A stretch of DNA of 64,000 nucleotides from an uncultured virus (IMG/VR IMGVR_UViG_3300042866_001241) (lineage: Duplodnaviria > Heunggongvirae > Uroviricota > Caudoviricetes): the IMG/VR virus record IMGVR_UViG_3300042866_001241; one strand, 5' to 3'. The notes below the pieces were generated by a model. The model made no database searches, was not told the DNA's origin, and saw only the letters and a program-made list of their open reading frames with translations. A program made the position numbers and the translations under genes. Positions 44,607-55,025 of the stretch are shown piece after piece (within the stretch, counting starts at the first letter, position 1; every line of letters begins with the position of its first letter).

Positions 44607-47600
44607 TGAAAAAGCAGCCAGAGCAGCAGCCTCTTGGTACGGTTTCGGATCTCGGGAAAAAGGTCAAGGCCAAGTACCCCGGCGTCTACGACAGCCTGCC
44701 CGACGAAGAGGTAGGAAGGAAGGTCAAGCAGAAATACCCTGGAGCCTATGATGGCTTCGTGGATGACGTTCAGCCTACCCAACCGGCACCCATGGGAAAG
44801 CCGGAAGCCCCTTCACCCCAAGCGCCTTCCTTGGAAGGTGGTGGAGGGGCTGCGCCTATGCCGTGGGATACGCAGTTGCTTACACCTCAGCAGCCTACCG
44901 AGCAGGATACCGTGCAGGCTCCGATGGCGAAGTACCAACTCGCCCCTGAAGAAACCGTTGCTCCACCCGCAAAAGCAACCGTATCCAAGTCAGTTCATAG
45001 TGAGCTGGTTGATGTTTCGCGTGAAAGAACCCAGCAGGCAGAGGAACGCCGCACATTCAACACGCTGTATGGCGACAAGACGCTTGATGAAATCAAGCGC
45101 GTGAAAGAGGAGTACATCCCTCAGCAGATGAAATTGCTCCGTGGTTCCGAGCAGGTTTTCCTGGTTGATCAGAAGCAACTCGACGAGGCTGTTGCAAAGT
45201 TGGAGCAGCGCAAAATCGGGATGGAACAGCAGATTGCTGAGAACCCATCGCTTGCCCCGCAGCTTCAGGCAGAGTACGAGCAGGAGTTCAACATGCTCAA
45301 GGGCATGGATGATGAACTCAAGAAGCAGTACGCTCAAATCGAGGCGCTCAGGAAGAAGGTCGAACTCGACTCCAAGCTGTCAGGCATCCGAGAGTACGAA
45401 CTCAAAAGCAAGCAGGGTAACTTCGTTGGGGCTACATGGAACAACATGCTCAGCGGGGTAGGCTCAGCCGTGACGGGGTTCAATATGCCACTCATCAATG
45501 CGGTGATTGCGTTAGACCCTCCCAAGCCAAGGGAGGGAGAGACGCAGGACCAAGCCAACAACCGTCTGCGCAATAGCTTCAGGCAGGCGATGCGTGCTGT
45601 CCCCGAGCAGATTGCTGGTGACGAAGGCACCACTAAGGAGTACACGTCTGAGATGAAGGAGAGCTTCCTCGGCGGTGCATGGCTTTCAGCTACTGAAAGT
45701 CTGCCCCTGATGCTCCTTGGACCTGGTGGCCTTGGTCAGATGACAAAAGCCGCTGACAACGTGATGCAGGAGATGGAGGGCGAGGAGTTCGCCAACATTC
45801 CTGAGTGGAAGAAGGCGTTGTTCGCTTCGTCGGTCGGCGTGGTCGTTGGTCAGCTTGAGCGGGTTGGTCTTCAGCAGGCTGTTGGAGGAGGCACCATGGC
45901 ACGTACCATCCTCGGCAACGTGTTCAAGAAGCTGCCTCAGAACGCCACCAATGCTCAGTTCCAGCGGTTGCTGGCAGCAGAAACGAGCAGCGCACTGGCA
46001 AACGCTGGATCGCGGCTTGGAGGCGCTATGCTGTCCGAGGCAGCAACCGAACTCCAGCAGGGCATCGCAGAGCCAACAATGAAGGAACTGTTCAATAGGG
46101 CAGAGGAGAAGAACCTCCTCGACGTGAACAAGGACTACAAGAAGGGATTCGACACACCGGCCAGCCTATCCGACCTCGTTGGAGAGGCTGTGTATCAGGC
46201 TGGTCAGGGTGCTATTGGTGGTGCGATATTCGGAAGCTACAACGCCGTAGGCTCATTGTTCAAGACAGCATCGGTAGGCAAGACGGCGAACAATGTGCAG
46301 TACGAGGTGACGGAGGAGTTGCTTCGTGACCCGGAGTTCGAGCGTGCCATGATCGAAGACCTGAAGATGCAGGTCGAGTCCGGCAAGCTGACAGAGGCGA
46401 AGGTCGCTGACATCACGGCTACCTGGAAGGAGGCGCAGAAGGTCGTTGAGCAAATCCCCGAAGACCTCAAGGTTGAAACGAGGAAGCAAGCGTTCGACCT
46501 GCTCACAGAGAAGGCCCAACTGAAGAAGAAAGACCCGGCATTGGTAGGCGACAGGATCGCAGCCATTGACGCCAAGCTCGCTGAACTCTCAGGACAGAAG
46601 CCGGAAGAGGTTTCTGAAGAAGCCGCCCCGGAGGTTGAAGTTATCGAAGAGGCTCCGGCTACCGGGCGCGACACTGAACTCGACACCGAAATCGCCGCAG
46701 TTCAGCAGAAGGAACAGCAGCCAAAGGGCACCCCTGAACCCGACCCCGTTACGATGGAGTGGGAAGGGGATGCCGTCCAGCCGAAGCAACCTACCACCAC
46801 AGCAGATGAAGGAAGTACAACGGACATTCAAGAACCGATTGTTGGTTCTCAGCAAGAAGGAAGTAATGCTCAGGGTGCAGCAATCGTATCCGAGCCTGTT
46901 TCACCTACCACAACAACAGATGCAGAACGGACAACACAGCAGCAACCAGCCGAAGGGACAACCGATCGGCCCGCCGCAGCACAAGCGCCCCAGGATACAG
47001 GCAGTCCGGCCGGTGTTCCGGTGGAAGAACGACCAGCGGTAAGCGACTACTACGTACAGCCCAAACTGACCAAGGACGTATCCGACGACCCCGTTGCCCT
47101 CGCTTCCGCCTACATGGAGGAGGACATCATGGCAAAGGATGGTTCATCCCTTGACGACCAAATAGGGACGCTGGTGCGTAACAACATCAGCGAGGCTTCT
47201 TTCAGGCAGTTCGGGGATGTGAACAAGATCTCCAAGGACATGAAGCGTGCATACCTCCGGAAGGATGGTGGGCGCGAACTTGACGACCTTGCTGAAGAGG
47301 CTTCGAGCATGTCCGGAACGGAGGTGACCCCGGACGACATCGTTGAATACGTGTACCGCAACCCGTGGGGACGCCAAACATCGGATCGGTCCAAGGAGCT
47401 TGCTGACAGGTACTACGGCATCACGGGCAAGCGCATGAACAGCCTTGTTGCCAAGAGCATTCTTGGCGGCAAGAACACGAAGTGGAAGCCGGATGAAAAG
47501 GCAATCGTTGACGCTGCTCAAGCAGCACAGGTTGACCTGTCTGAAATCAGCGATGACGACATCAATGAGTTCGATAGCATGTCGGACGACGACATCGACA

Positions 47601-50600
47601 TGCTGTTCGGCCCATCACAGAAGAAGACACTCTCACAGCAAAAGAAGGAGCGCGATGAAAAAGCAGAGCAAGTACAGCAAGCAGGAGAAGGACGAGCTAC
47701 GGGCAAAGTACGTGGTGATGAAGGCGCTGGAACGGCGCAAGCAGCAGGAACCAAAGGAGAAAGTCCCGAAGGCCCCGTAAGGCCGGAGGGCACCCCTCCT
47801 TCCTCGGGCGACACCGACCTCGATGCTGAGTTATGGAACCTGTCGAACAACGACGGACCCGATGTTGCATTCAGCCGAAAGGCCGACGAAGCCTTCAATG
47901 GCACCGAAGAGCCAAAGACCCCCATCGGCGACACCAAGACAGTCATGGTCGATGGCAAGGAGCGCACGGTGTTCAACTCCGAAGGCCGACCCATCCATCC
48001 GACAGTAGAAGGCGTACGCAACTTCTGGAGGTGGTTCAAGCCTCAGTATCGCATCAATACAGACTTGGATGGGAGGCCGATTGAGTTCTACCATGGTGGT
48101 GTATCCAGCGCCGATAGCTTCAGTAGTCCTTTGTGGGTTACACCAAACGCAAAAGATGCTGCTGGGTATGCTGATAGAACCGCATGGCACGAGTCTATTC
48201 TTGAGGACGAAGACTATGGGATGGATTACAGAACCTCGGACGACTATTCGCCAAAGTATGATGTAGCTCCGGCCGGTGGGCAGCAAGTATACCCACTATA
48301 TGCAAGCTCAGAGAAGGCTCTTGACCTGACTGGCTATGGCAATTCGTCCGACATAAATACCATGCACCGTCTCCTTGTAAGGGATGGAGTTATCGACCAA
48401 ATCGATCAAGATGTTATTGATGAGATTGGCTCAGAATTAGGAACTGCCGATAAGTTCTCAGATGCCGATACCGTCCATCCAAATTGGCGAATTTTCGAGG
48501 CGCTTGATGTTTATGAACAGGCAAAAAAGCGCGGATACGATACAGTACGCATAACAGACGCATCAGTTACTGGAAATTCGTCCCCTGGATTGCTGGTATT
48601 AAGCCCGTCCACACAGGTCAAATCCGCAACCAGCAACTACGGACGCTTCGACCCATCCAACCCTGACATCCGGGAGCAAAAACCATCCTCCACCACCAAG
48701 CCACCAAAGACCGGCCGGTTGAGAACCGACAGAGTGCTGAAGGCGCTGAGCGGACTGGTGCCGGACCTGACCATTGTAGCCCCTAAGACAGAGGCTGAAT
48801 ACGCTGCTGCCGTAGAGCAGGTAGTGGACGGAGCGGGTTCGTCATGGGGGATGTACGACTTCAAGAGCAAGACGCTGTTCATCAACCCTGCCGCCCCGGA
48901 CCTGAGGCAGACCTTCTTCCACGAAACAGCGCACCCTGTCATTGCTGCCTTGATAGACGGCAATCCGGAGATGTTCCTGAAGTTCTACGACGAAGTGATC
49001 GTAGAGCAGGGAGGGAAGTACGAGAAGTACTCGGAGGAACAGTACGCTGACAAAGACCCGCTTGCCCGTGCTGAAGAGGCGCTGGCAGAGTTCATGGGGG
49101 ATATTGCTTCGGGGAATGTGAAGGTGAGCCTTGACCCCAAGAGCGCCTGGCAGAAGTTCAAGGAGTTCATCCAAGATCTGTTGGCGAAGCTGGGATGGGA
49201 CATGAGGGAGGTAGACCTCTCGAAGCCTCAGAACGTTCGACAGTTCGCTGCCGAGTTCGCCCGAGCCGTCAACAAGGGCATCAAGATCACCGGCTTAAAT
49301 CCGACCAAGAGGAGCGCGGAAACGATGCTCCAGGATGATGCACAGCGCCTTGTGGACGGCTGGTACTCCCGATTGCGTGAGACGGTCATCGCCAAGGGTA
49401 AGACACAGCCTGCAAGCGAGTGGCTGAACTGGATGCAGAGCCGCGCCAAGGAAGGTGCGTTCTCGATGGAGGAGGTGAAGTGGACGGGCTTGCAGGACTG
49501 GCTGACTGGTAAGGGCAAGGAGAAGGTGACGCCTGATCAGGTGCGCGAGTTCCTAAACGAGAACAGGGTGCGGGTTGAGGTGAATGAGTTGGGTGGTGTT
49601 TCCGATAACGTTCGAGTGCAGGCAGAGGACGATGGAACATTTTCCATATACGATGGTGACGAGTTTGTAGAAGTGTACGATACAAGGGAGGATGCGGAGA
49701 ACAATATCTCCAACTACAACACGGTGTCGAGCGACACCAAGTTCTCCCAATACCAACTCCCCGGAGGAACAAACTACCGGGAGGTGCTGGTGACGCTGCC
49801 GAAGACTGATCCATATGCCGCATCTCAAGCAGAGGTTGACGCTATCTCTAAAAAGATGATAGACCTCATGGAGATGCCAGACACCATTGAGCTGTTTCGC
49901 AGAGCTCAAGATGGCGATGCAGTAGCCAAGGCCGAGTACGACAAGAGGTCAGAAGAGTACAAGAGCCTTCGTGACCGGCGCGATGAACTTGTGCGAAAGG
50001 CTCAGTCCGGAGAAACAGGAGAGGTCTTCAAGACGGGCCACTTCCCTGACCAAGACAACATCCTCTTCCACCTCCGCCTTAACGACCGCACCGATGCCGA
50101 TGGCAAGAAGGTGCTGTTCATCGAGGAAATCCAGAGCGACTGGGCGCAAAAGGGAAGGAAGGAGGGGTTTGGCGGACTGGACACTTGGGAAAAAGCCAAG
50201 AGAGAGGGGTATAAAACCAAGGAGCGTGACGGGGAGTGGGGTGTCTACGACTTTAATGGTGATCAGGTTTCAGAAGGGCGAACAGAGCAAGAGGCCATTG
50301 ATAGTTTCAGATCAATGGAAACTACGCGCAGTGAAGAGGCTCCACCATCCGCCCCATTTGTCACCGACACATCCGCATGGGTAGAGCTTGCTATGAAGCA
50401 GGCTGTACGCATGGCCGTTGATGGCGGATACGACCGTGTGGCATGGACGAAAGCGCAACATCACACAGACAGGTGGGGGACGGAGCGCATCGAATGGGCC
50501 AAGCAGCCGGACGGTAGCTTCCTTGTCAATGCCAAGTCACAGCACGGAGGAAACGCCGGAGGCGTGGACTTGGAAGGAGAGGCCAACGCTCGCAACCTTA

Positions 50601-53600
50601 ATCCGCAGAACAGCAAAGCCGTTTCGAGCCGAGAGCAACTTGAGGAAACCATTCGCCCTTCGCTAACGGAAGGCCAGGACGCCAAGAAGCTGTCCGAGAA
50701 GCTGTGGCAGCGTATGCAGTCCGAGGAAAGCGGTGTGAGCATGCCGCGCAAGGAGGGCTTCGAGGGTTTCTACGACAAGATCGTGCCAACGGTAGCCGCC
50801 AAGGTCATCAAGAAGATGGGCGGCGGGAAGGTTGGGCAAGTTGACGTTGAGGTAGCCAAGCCCGGAGACACCAATAAGGTGCCAGAGAATACCAAGTGGA
50901 AAAGCGGGTATTTGTTCACAGAGCAACCCTCCTTCGACATCACTCCTGAGATGCGCAACCAGGTCGGCATCGGCTTGGCGATGATGCAGGCTCCCGATGT
51001 CACCAAGATCGTGAACCTGTTCAAGTCGAAAGGGTACACGGCTGCTCAGGCGAAGGAGTACATGGAGAACACCACTCCTCCCGTGAGCAAGGCGGTAATC
51101 TCTGCCGTAGTGAAGGGGATGGGAGGGGTGAAGTCAGCCCCCAAGAAGGTGCAGTCCAACACCAACAAGGCTACCGGTGTAACGAAGCCCAAGACCAAGG
51201 TTACGGTGAACGTAGCCACGGCGCTCAAGGACCAGATCCGCCTTGAGGCCAGGGCTGCTCGTGAGGCGAAGAAGGACGTATCCGCCAAGCGCAAGGACTT
51301 CGCCGAGCGTATCTCGGAGATGATCAAGAACGACCTGTTCGGACGCATCGCTCCAAGGCAGACCAACGCCCTGATCACCGCCGCCGCCAAGACCAATCCT
51401 GACAGCCCCAAGGCCGTAGACCGGTTCTTCGCCTACGCCAAGCGCGTCATCTCTGACGCGAACTACGCAGAGAACCTTGGCAACGCACGGGACGCACGCA
51501 ACAAGGCGCGTTCCTTGAAGGGCAAGAAGACCATCCCGGCGAACCTGAAGTACGTCCTTGCTCGCATGGCAGCAGTGGACGTACGCCTGCTCGAAGACCC
51601 GGCCGAGTTCGCTGCCATGGCGGAAGAGTTCTTGGCATCGTTCAAGAAGCCGGGAACCGACCAGTACAACATGGCTTCAGCGGATGCCATGAACAAGTAC
51701 ATGGACAAGCTGGAAAAGCAGCTTGACAAGGCGGCAGCAGATGAGGCAATGGAGCGTGGTGCTGAGGACATCTCAGGCATCGACGGACTGGACCCGGACG
51801 ATGTGATGAAGGCGATGATGTCCGAAGACCCCGAGGCAGAACTCACCAAGCTGCTGAAGGACTTGGACAGGAGGAAGGAGGATGAGTTGCACGACAAGAT
51901 GGTTGCAGCCGCCAACGCCTCGCGCATCGACCTGAAGGACATGGATACCTCTGCCATGACCCCCAAGGAGAAGCGGGCATACAAGGCGCTCGTAGAGGCG
52001 GACCTTCAGGCTATGTCCATCAAGGACTTGGCATCGTACATCTTCGGGGTGGACAACCTGGTGGTGAACGAGTCCTTCGACGGTATCCACTCCATTGCTG
52101 TTGCGGCTGCGGCTACCAAGATCGTCCCCGAAATCGGCAGGCTGAACGAAGCGGCCGGCTTCCGGACCAAGTGGCCGATCGGCCGGTGGGACGAAGGGGT
52201 GCGCAACGCCTTTCGGCAGATGTTCTACGGCCTGCCGAACATCGTCACCCGTATCGCTGGCTTCACCAAGGCTGCTGCGAAGCTGTCCGAACTTGTTGGT
52301 ATTGCCGACATCCAAAAGGGTCGGGCGATGGCCGAGAAGATCAAGCACGAAGAGGATGTCGCCTTCGCCAAGGTGCTGAACGAGCAGATCAAGAAGGGTC
52401 GCAGGAATGGTCGGAATGTGAGCGGACCCAAGGCGGTTGCTGCCGAAGGTGTCATCGCATACCTCGTTCAGCGGTTCGATGGCGTGAGCGATGAGGAGTC
52501 CTTCAAGCGCAGGAAGGACATCCTGGAAGAGGACATCAACAAGAACGCGAAGGACTCCCCGAAGACCTACAAGTATATCCAGCAGGCGTTCGATGAGTTC
52601 GTGAAGGACGCCAAGACAGCGAAGGAAGCTCGTGACAAGTTCAAGGCAGCAATGCCGGAGAATGATGTCATCCTTCAGCACATGATCGACATGCAGGCGA
52701 AGTACGCCGATGTCATCATGGAGCACAATGCAATGTACCGCAACCAGATCGACTCGAAGTTGCAGGACTACCTTCCCATCTCCTATGTCATGTCGCGCTC
52801 AGCCAGCGATGACGCGAAGGCTCAGGCAAAGCAGAAGGGAGACGGCGGGTACAAGCAGGACTACTCGGCGTTCACCCGTGGACTCGTGAACCCGCGTCAA
52901 GCAGGACACATGAAGTCCCGTGGTCAGAACAAGAGGCTACCGGAGAACAGGCGCATCGACTACAACATCCGCAGGAACTCCCTCACTACGCTGGCAGAGA
53001 ACCTGTACGATGTGTACACGACCGAGCACTGGATGCGGGCAAGGGCTGTGCTCCGGGCAAACGGAATCGACGAGGCGCTTGGAAGCAAGGACAACACCAC
53101 GGCGCTCGATAACGCACTGGCAGATGTGTACAACAGCCACACCTCCGACATCGTGGATGACAAGATGGGCGGTAGGTATGCAGACTACGTAGCGAAGAAG
53201 GTGAAGTCGGCGGCATCGTTCTGGGGCCTTGCTGGTGCCGGACAGGTGCTTCAGCAGGCATCGGATCAGATGACCAACGCCCTGCTTATGTCCATGACCA
53301 AGGACGGAGGCAAGTCGTATGGTTTGTCCTTCATGGATGTGGTTCAGATGGCGGCTGGCAAGAACCAAGACCTGAAGGAACTGCTGTCCATGGGTGCCAT
53401 CGGAAGGAGGGCGGATACGCTGTCCGGTACCCGGTGGACAAAGGACATGGAGAGCCAGATGGGTGTGCTGCAAAGCCAGATCCAGCGGTCGGCACCGTTG
53501 CATGCGCTGGCGGACATTCACCGTAGCATGGTGCGTATCTTCTTCACCCCGCTGAAGGAGACGGATAACGCCATGGCTACCTCGGCATGGGTGATGTTCT

Positions 53601-54985
53601 ACCGTCAGTACCTGGCAGACAATGGCATCAAGCGCATTGGCAACTGGAAGGACGAGGTTGATTTGTTGAAGGCGGATGACAAGCTGCGCCGTGAGGCGTT
53701 CGCGCACGCTGAGCAGCAGACCAACATGACGCAGGGACCAAGCGACCCAGCCCTGTTCGGCGCTTGGGCAAGGAGGGATAGGAGCGGCTGGCTGAACTTC
53801 GTTCGTGCCGTACTTAATCCGTTCGGCGGTTTCCCGTCCACTGTGAGGGGTAGGTTCGCAAACGCAGCTTCCGAGATCGGCGCGTACACCATCCCGGCTA
53901 TCAGCGACAAGAAGGCCCGTGAACGCCTTGCTGGTGCTGCTCGGGTGTTCGCCTCCACCGTAGTATCTCAGGGAGCGTTCCAGTACATGCGCTACAAGAT
54001 GGCAGTCGCGCTGTTCCCGACACTTGGTGCCGGACTTGCGAACATGGTGAGGTACTTCTTCGACGACGAAGAGGATGAGGTAGTTGCCATGTCCAAGCTA
54101 TACGTTGCCATGGAGATCGCGAACACCATCGGCATGATGGACCGTGACTTCACCCGCGTTGTGCGAGAGGCGAACAAGCAGGTGCGTGAGCGCAACCTTC
54201 TCACTCCTGCCTTGTACGATGAGGACGCTATCATGCGCAAGAAGGCGGCAGAGAACTGGAAGTTCTCCTTCACTCAGTTCGGCATTGACATGACCGTAGG
54301 CGGCTTCAGTCAGTACATGGACAAGGAGGCGGTGAACGGCGTGAACAAGGCGTACTGGTTCATGATGGGTCCGGTCCTTCAGCAGCCGGAGATGATGCAG
54401 ACGGACGGCACGGTAATCCCGTACGCGAAGTGGAAGCGCGACATCGTGAACATGCCGTTCGCCCTGCCAGGGTATTGGGATGAGAGCACCAGCTACGGCC
54501 TGTTCAGCATACCCGGCTCCAGGATGTCTCGACTGATGGATGCTGCATCCCGTACTGGAATGCCATCCGATGATGAGCGCAGGGATACGCAGAAGCGGTT
54601 CAAGTATCAGCAGAGGGCCGATGACGCCCGTTCAATGCGTACTCAGATTCAGATGCGCCGAGCAGCCAAGACCGACCAAGAGATAGAGGCCGCTGACAAG
54701 GCATTTGAGGACTGGATGCGTACCCAAGACCCAAGCAGGTTCGAGCGTCTCAGCCGTACATACCTTGAGCAGGTCATCATGCCATACGACAACAGCCTCG
54801 GAAACATCTTGCAGGCTGAGAATGATCCGATCGTGAGGGCGCGGACATATCACTCCGCTACGAGGAACATGAGCAAGGAGGAGAAGAAAAAGATTGATCA
54901 GTCTGTTCAGGCCGTAGGCGTTTTCGATGACGCTTTCATGCAGGAACTCAATAGGTTACAGAAGGAGGAAGCTGCCAAAAAATAG
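44606..54985 (+). CDS. Giant polyvalent ejected protein with ART-PolyVal-like and zincin metallopeptidase-like domains
   Basis: 3459 aa. NFWRWF...DGRPIEFYHG...GYDTV...QVKSATSNYGRFDPSNPDIR; FFHETAH...EEALAE; GGTNYRE...LFIEEIQSDW. Confidence 0.85.
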   Translation: MKKQPEQQPLGTVSDLGKKVKAKYPGVYDSLPDEEVGRKVKQKYPGAYDGFVDDVQPTQPAPMGKPEAPSPQAPSLEGGGGAAPMPWDTQLLTPQQPTEQDTVQAPMAKYQLAPEETVAPPAKATVSKSVHSELVDVSRERTQQAEERRTFNTLYGDKTLDEIKRVKEEYIPQQMKLLRGSEQVFLVDQKQLDEAVAKLEQRKIGMEQQIAENPSLAPQLQAEYEQEFNMLKGMDDELKKQYAQIEALRKKVELDSKLSGIREYELKSKQGNFVGATWNNMLSGVGSAVTGFNMPLINAVIALDPPKPREGETQDQANNRLRNSFRQAMRAVPEQIAGDEGTTKEYTSEMKESFLGGAWLSATESLPLMLLGPGGLGQMTKAADNVMQEMEGEEFANIPEWKKALFASSVGVVVGQLERVGLQQAVGGGTMARTILGNVFKKLPQNATNAQFQRLLAAETSSALANAGSRLGGAMLSEAATELQQGIAEPTMKELFNRAEEKNLLDVNKDYKKGFDTPASLSDLVGEAVYQAGQGAIGGAIFGSYNAVGSLFKTASVGKTANNVQYEVTEELLRDPEFERAMIEDLKMQVESGKLTEAKVADITATWKEAQKVVEQIPEDLKVETRKQAFDLLTEKAQLKKKDPALVGDRIAAIDAKLAELSGQKPEEVSEEAAPEVEVIEEAPATGRDTELDTEIAAVQQKEQQPKGTPEPDPVTMEWEGDAVQPKQPTTTADEGSTTDIQEPIVGSQQEGSNAQGAAIVSEPVSPTTTTDAERTTQQQPAEGTTDRPAAAQAPQDTGSPAGVPVEERPAVSDYYVQPKLTKDVSDDPVALASAYMEEDIMAKDGSSLDDQIGTLVRNNISEASFRQFGDVNKISKDMKRAYLRKDGGRELDDLAEEASSMSGTEVTPDDIVEYVYRNPWGRQTSDRSKELADRYYGITGKRMNSLVAKSILGGKNTKWKPDEKAIVDAAQAAQVDLSEISDDDINEFDSMSDDDIDMLFGPSQKKTLSQQKKERDEKAEQVQQAGEGRATGKVRGDEGAGTAQAAGTKGESPEGPVRPEGTPPSSGDTDLDAELWNLSNNDGPDVAFSRKADEAFNGTEEPKTPIGDTKTVMVDGKERTVFNSEGRPIHPTVEGVRNFWRWFKPQYRINTDLDGRPIEFYHGGVSSADSFSSPLWVTPNAKDAAGYADRTAWHESILEDEDYGMDYRTSDDYSPKYDVAPAGGQQVYPLYASSEKALDLTGYGNSSDINTMHRLLVRDGVIDQIDQDVIDEIGSELGTADKFSDADTVHPNWRIFEALDVYEQAKKRGYDTVRITDASVTGNSSPGLLVLSPSTQVKSATSNYGRFDPSNPDIREQKPSSTTKPPKTGRLRTDRVLKALSGLVPDLTIVAPKTEAEYAAAVEQVVDGAGSSWGMYDFKSKTLFINPAAPDLRQTFFHETAHPVIAALIDGNPEMFLKFYDEVIVEQGGKYEKYSEEQYADKDPLARAEEALAEFMGDIASGNVKVSLDPKSAWQKFKEFIQDLLAKLGWDMREVDLSKPQNVRQFAAEFARAVNKGIKITGLNPTKRSAETMLQDDAQRLVDGWYSRLRETVIAKGKTQPASEWLNWMQSRAKEGAFSMEEVKWTGLQDWLTGKGKEKVTPDQVREFLNENRVRVEVNELGGVSDNVRVQAEDDGTFSIYDGDEFVEVYDTREDAENNISNYNTVSSDTKFSQYQLPGGTNYREVLVTLPKTDPYAASQAEVDAISKKMIDLMEMPDTIELFRRAQDGDAVAKAEYDKRSEEYKSLRDRRDELVRKAQSGETGEVFKTGHFPDQDNILFHLRLNDRTDADGKKVLFIEEIQSDWAQKGRKEGFGGLDTWEKAKREGYKTKERDGEWGVYDFNGDQVSEGRTEQEAIDSFRSMETTRSEEAPPSAPFVTDTSAWVELAMKQAVRMAVDGGYDRVAWTKAQHHTDRWGTERIEWAKQPDGSFLVNAKSQHGGNAGGVDLEGEANARNLNPQNSKAVSSREQLEETIRPSLTEGQDAKKLSEKLWQRMQSEESGVSMPRKEGFEGFYDKIVPTVAAKVIKKMGGGKVGQVDVEVAKPGDTNKVPENTKWKSGYLFTEQPSFDITPEMRNQVGIGLAMMQAPDVTKIVNLFKSKGYTAAQAKEYMENTTPPVSKAVISAVVKGMGGVKSAPKKVQSNTNKATGVTKPKTKVTVNVATALKDQIRLEARAAREAKKDVSAKRKDFAERISEMIKNDLFGRIAPRQTNALITAAAKTNPDSPKAVDRFFAYAKRVISDANYAENLGNARDARNKARSLKGKKTIPANLKYVLARMAAVDVRLLEDPAEFAAMAEEFLASFKKPGTDQYNMASADAMNKYMDKLEKQLDKAAADEAMERGAEDISGIDGLDPDDVMKAMMSEDPEAELTKLLKDLDRRKEDELHDKMVAAANASRIDLKDMDTSAMTPKEKRAYKALVEADLQAMSIKDLASYIFGVDNLVVNESFDGIHSIAVAAAATKIVPEIGRLNEAAGFRTKWPIGRWDEGVRNAFRQMFYGLPNIVTRIAGFTKAAAKLSELVGIADIQKGRAMAEKIKHEEDVAFAKVLNEQIKKGRRNGRNVSGPKAVAAEGVIAYLVQRFDGVSDEESFKRRKDILEEDINKNAKDSPKTYKYIQQAFDEFVKDAKTAKEARDKFKAAMPENDVILQHMIDMQAKYADVIMEHNAMYRNQIDSKLQDYLPISYVMSRSASDDAKAQAKQKGDGGYKQDYSAFTRGLVNPRQAGHMKSRGQNKRLPENRRIDYNIRRNSLTTLAENLYDVYTTEHWMRARAVLRANGIDEALGSKDNTTALDNALADVYNSHTSDIVDDKMGGRYADYVAKKVKSAASFWGLAGAGQVLQQASDQMTNALLMSMTKDGGKSYGLSFMDVVQMAAGKNQDLKELLSMGAIGRRADTLSGTRWTKDMESQMGVLQSQIQRSAPLHALADIHRSMVRIFFTPLKETDNAMATSAWVMFYRQYLADNGIKRIGNWKDEVDLLKADDKLRREAFAHAEQQTNMTQGPSDPALFGAWARRDRSGWLNFVRAVLNPFGGFPSTVRGRFANAASEIGAYTIPAISDKKARERLAGAARVFASTVVSQGAFQYMRYKMAVALFPTLGAGLANMVRYFFDDEEDEVVAMSKLYVAMEIANTIGMMDRDFTRVVREANKQVRERNLLTPALYDEDAIMRKKAAENWKFSFTQFGIDMTVGGFSQYMDKEAVNGVNKAYWFMMGPVLQQPEMMQTDGTVIPYAKWKRDIVNMPFALPGYWDESTSYGLFSIPGSRMSRLMDAASRTGMPSDDERRDTQKRFKYQQRADDARSMRTQIQMRRAAKTDQEIEAADKAFEDWMRTQDPSRFERLSRTYLEQVIMPYDNSLGNILQAENDPIVRARTYHSATRNMSKEEKKKIDQSVQAVGVFDDAFMQELNRLQKEEAAKK

Positions 54986-54997
54986 GTAGCACCAAGT

Positions 54998-55020
54998 CGT
55001 CTGACAAACGGGTAGTTTTG
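54998..55020 (+). promoter_or_regulatory. Promoter with conserved motif
   Basis: CGTCTGACAAACGG followed by TAGTTTTG (55013-55020). Confidence 0.7.
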
Positions 55021-55025
55021 TCGGC

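Noticed and set aside
44606..54985. Virion RNA polymerase call
   Set aside because: No DFDxD/DxDGD catalytic motif seen. Recognisable motifs are polyvalent-protein types.
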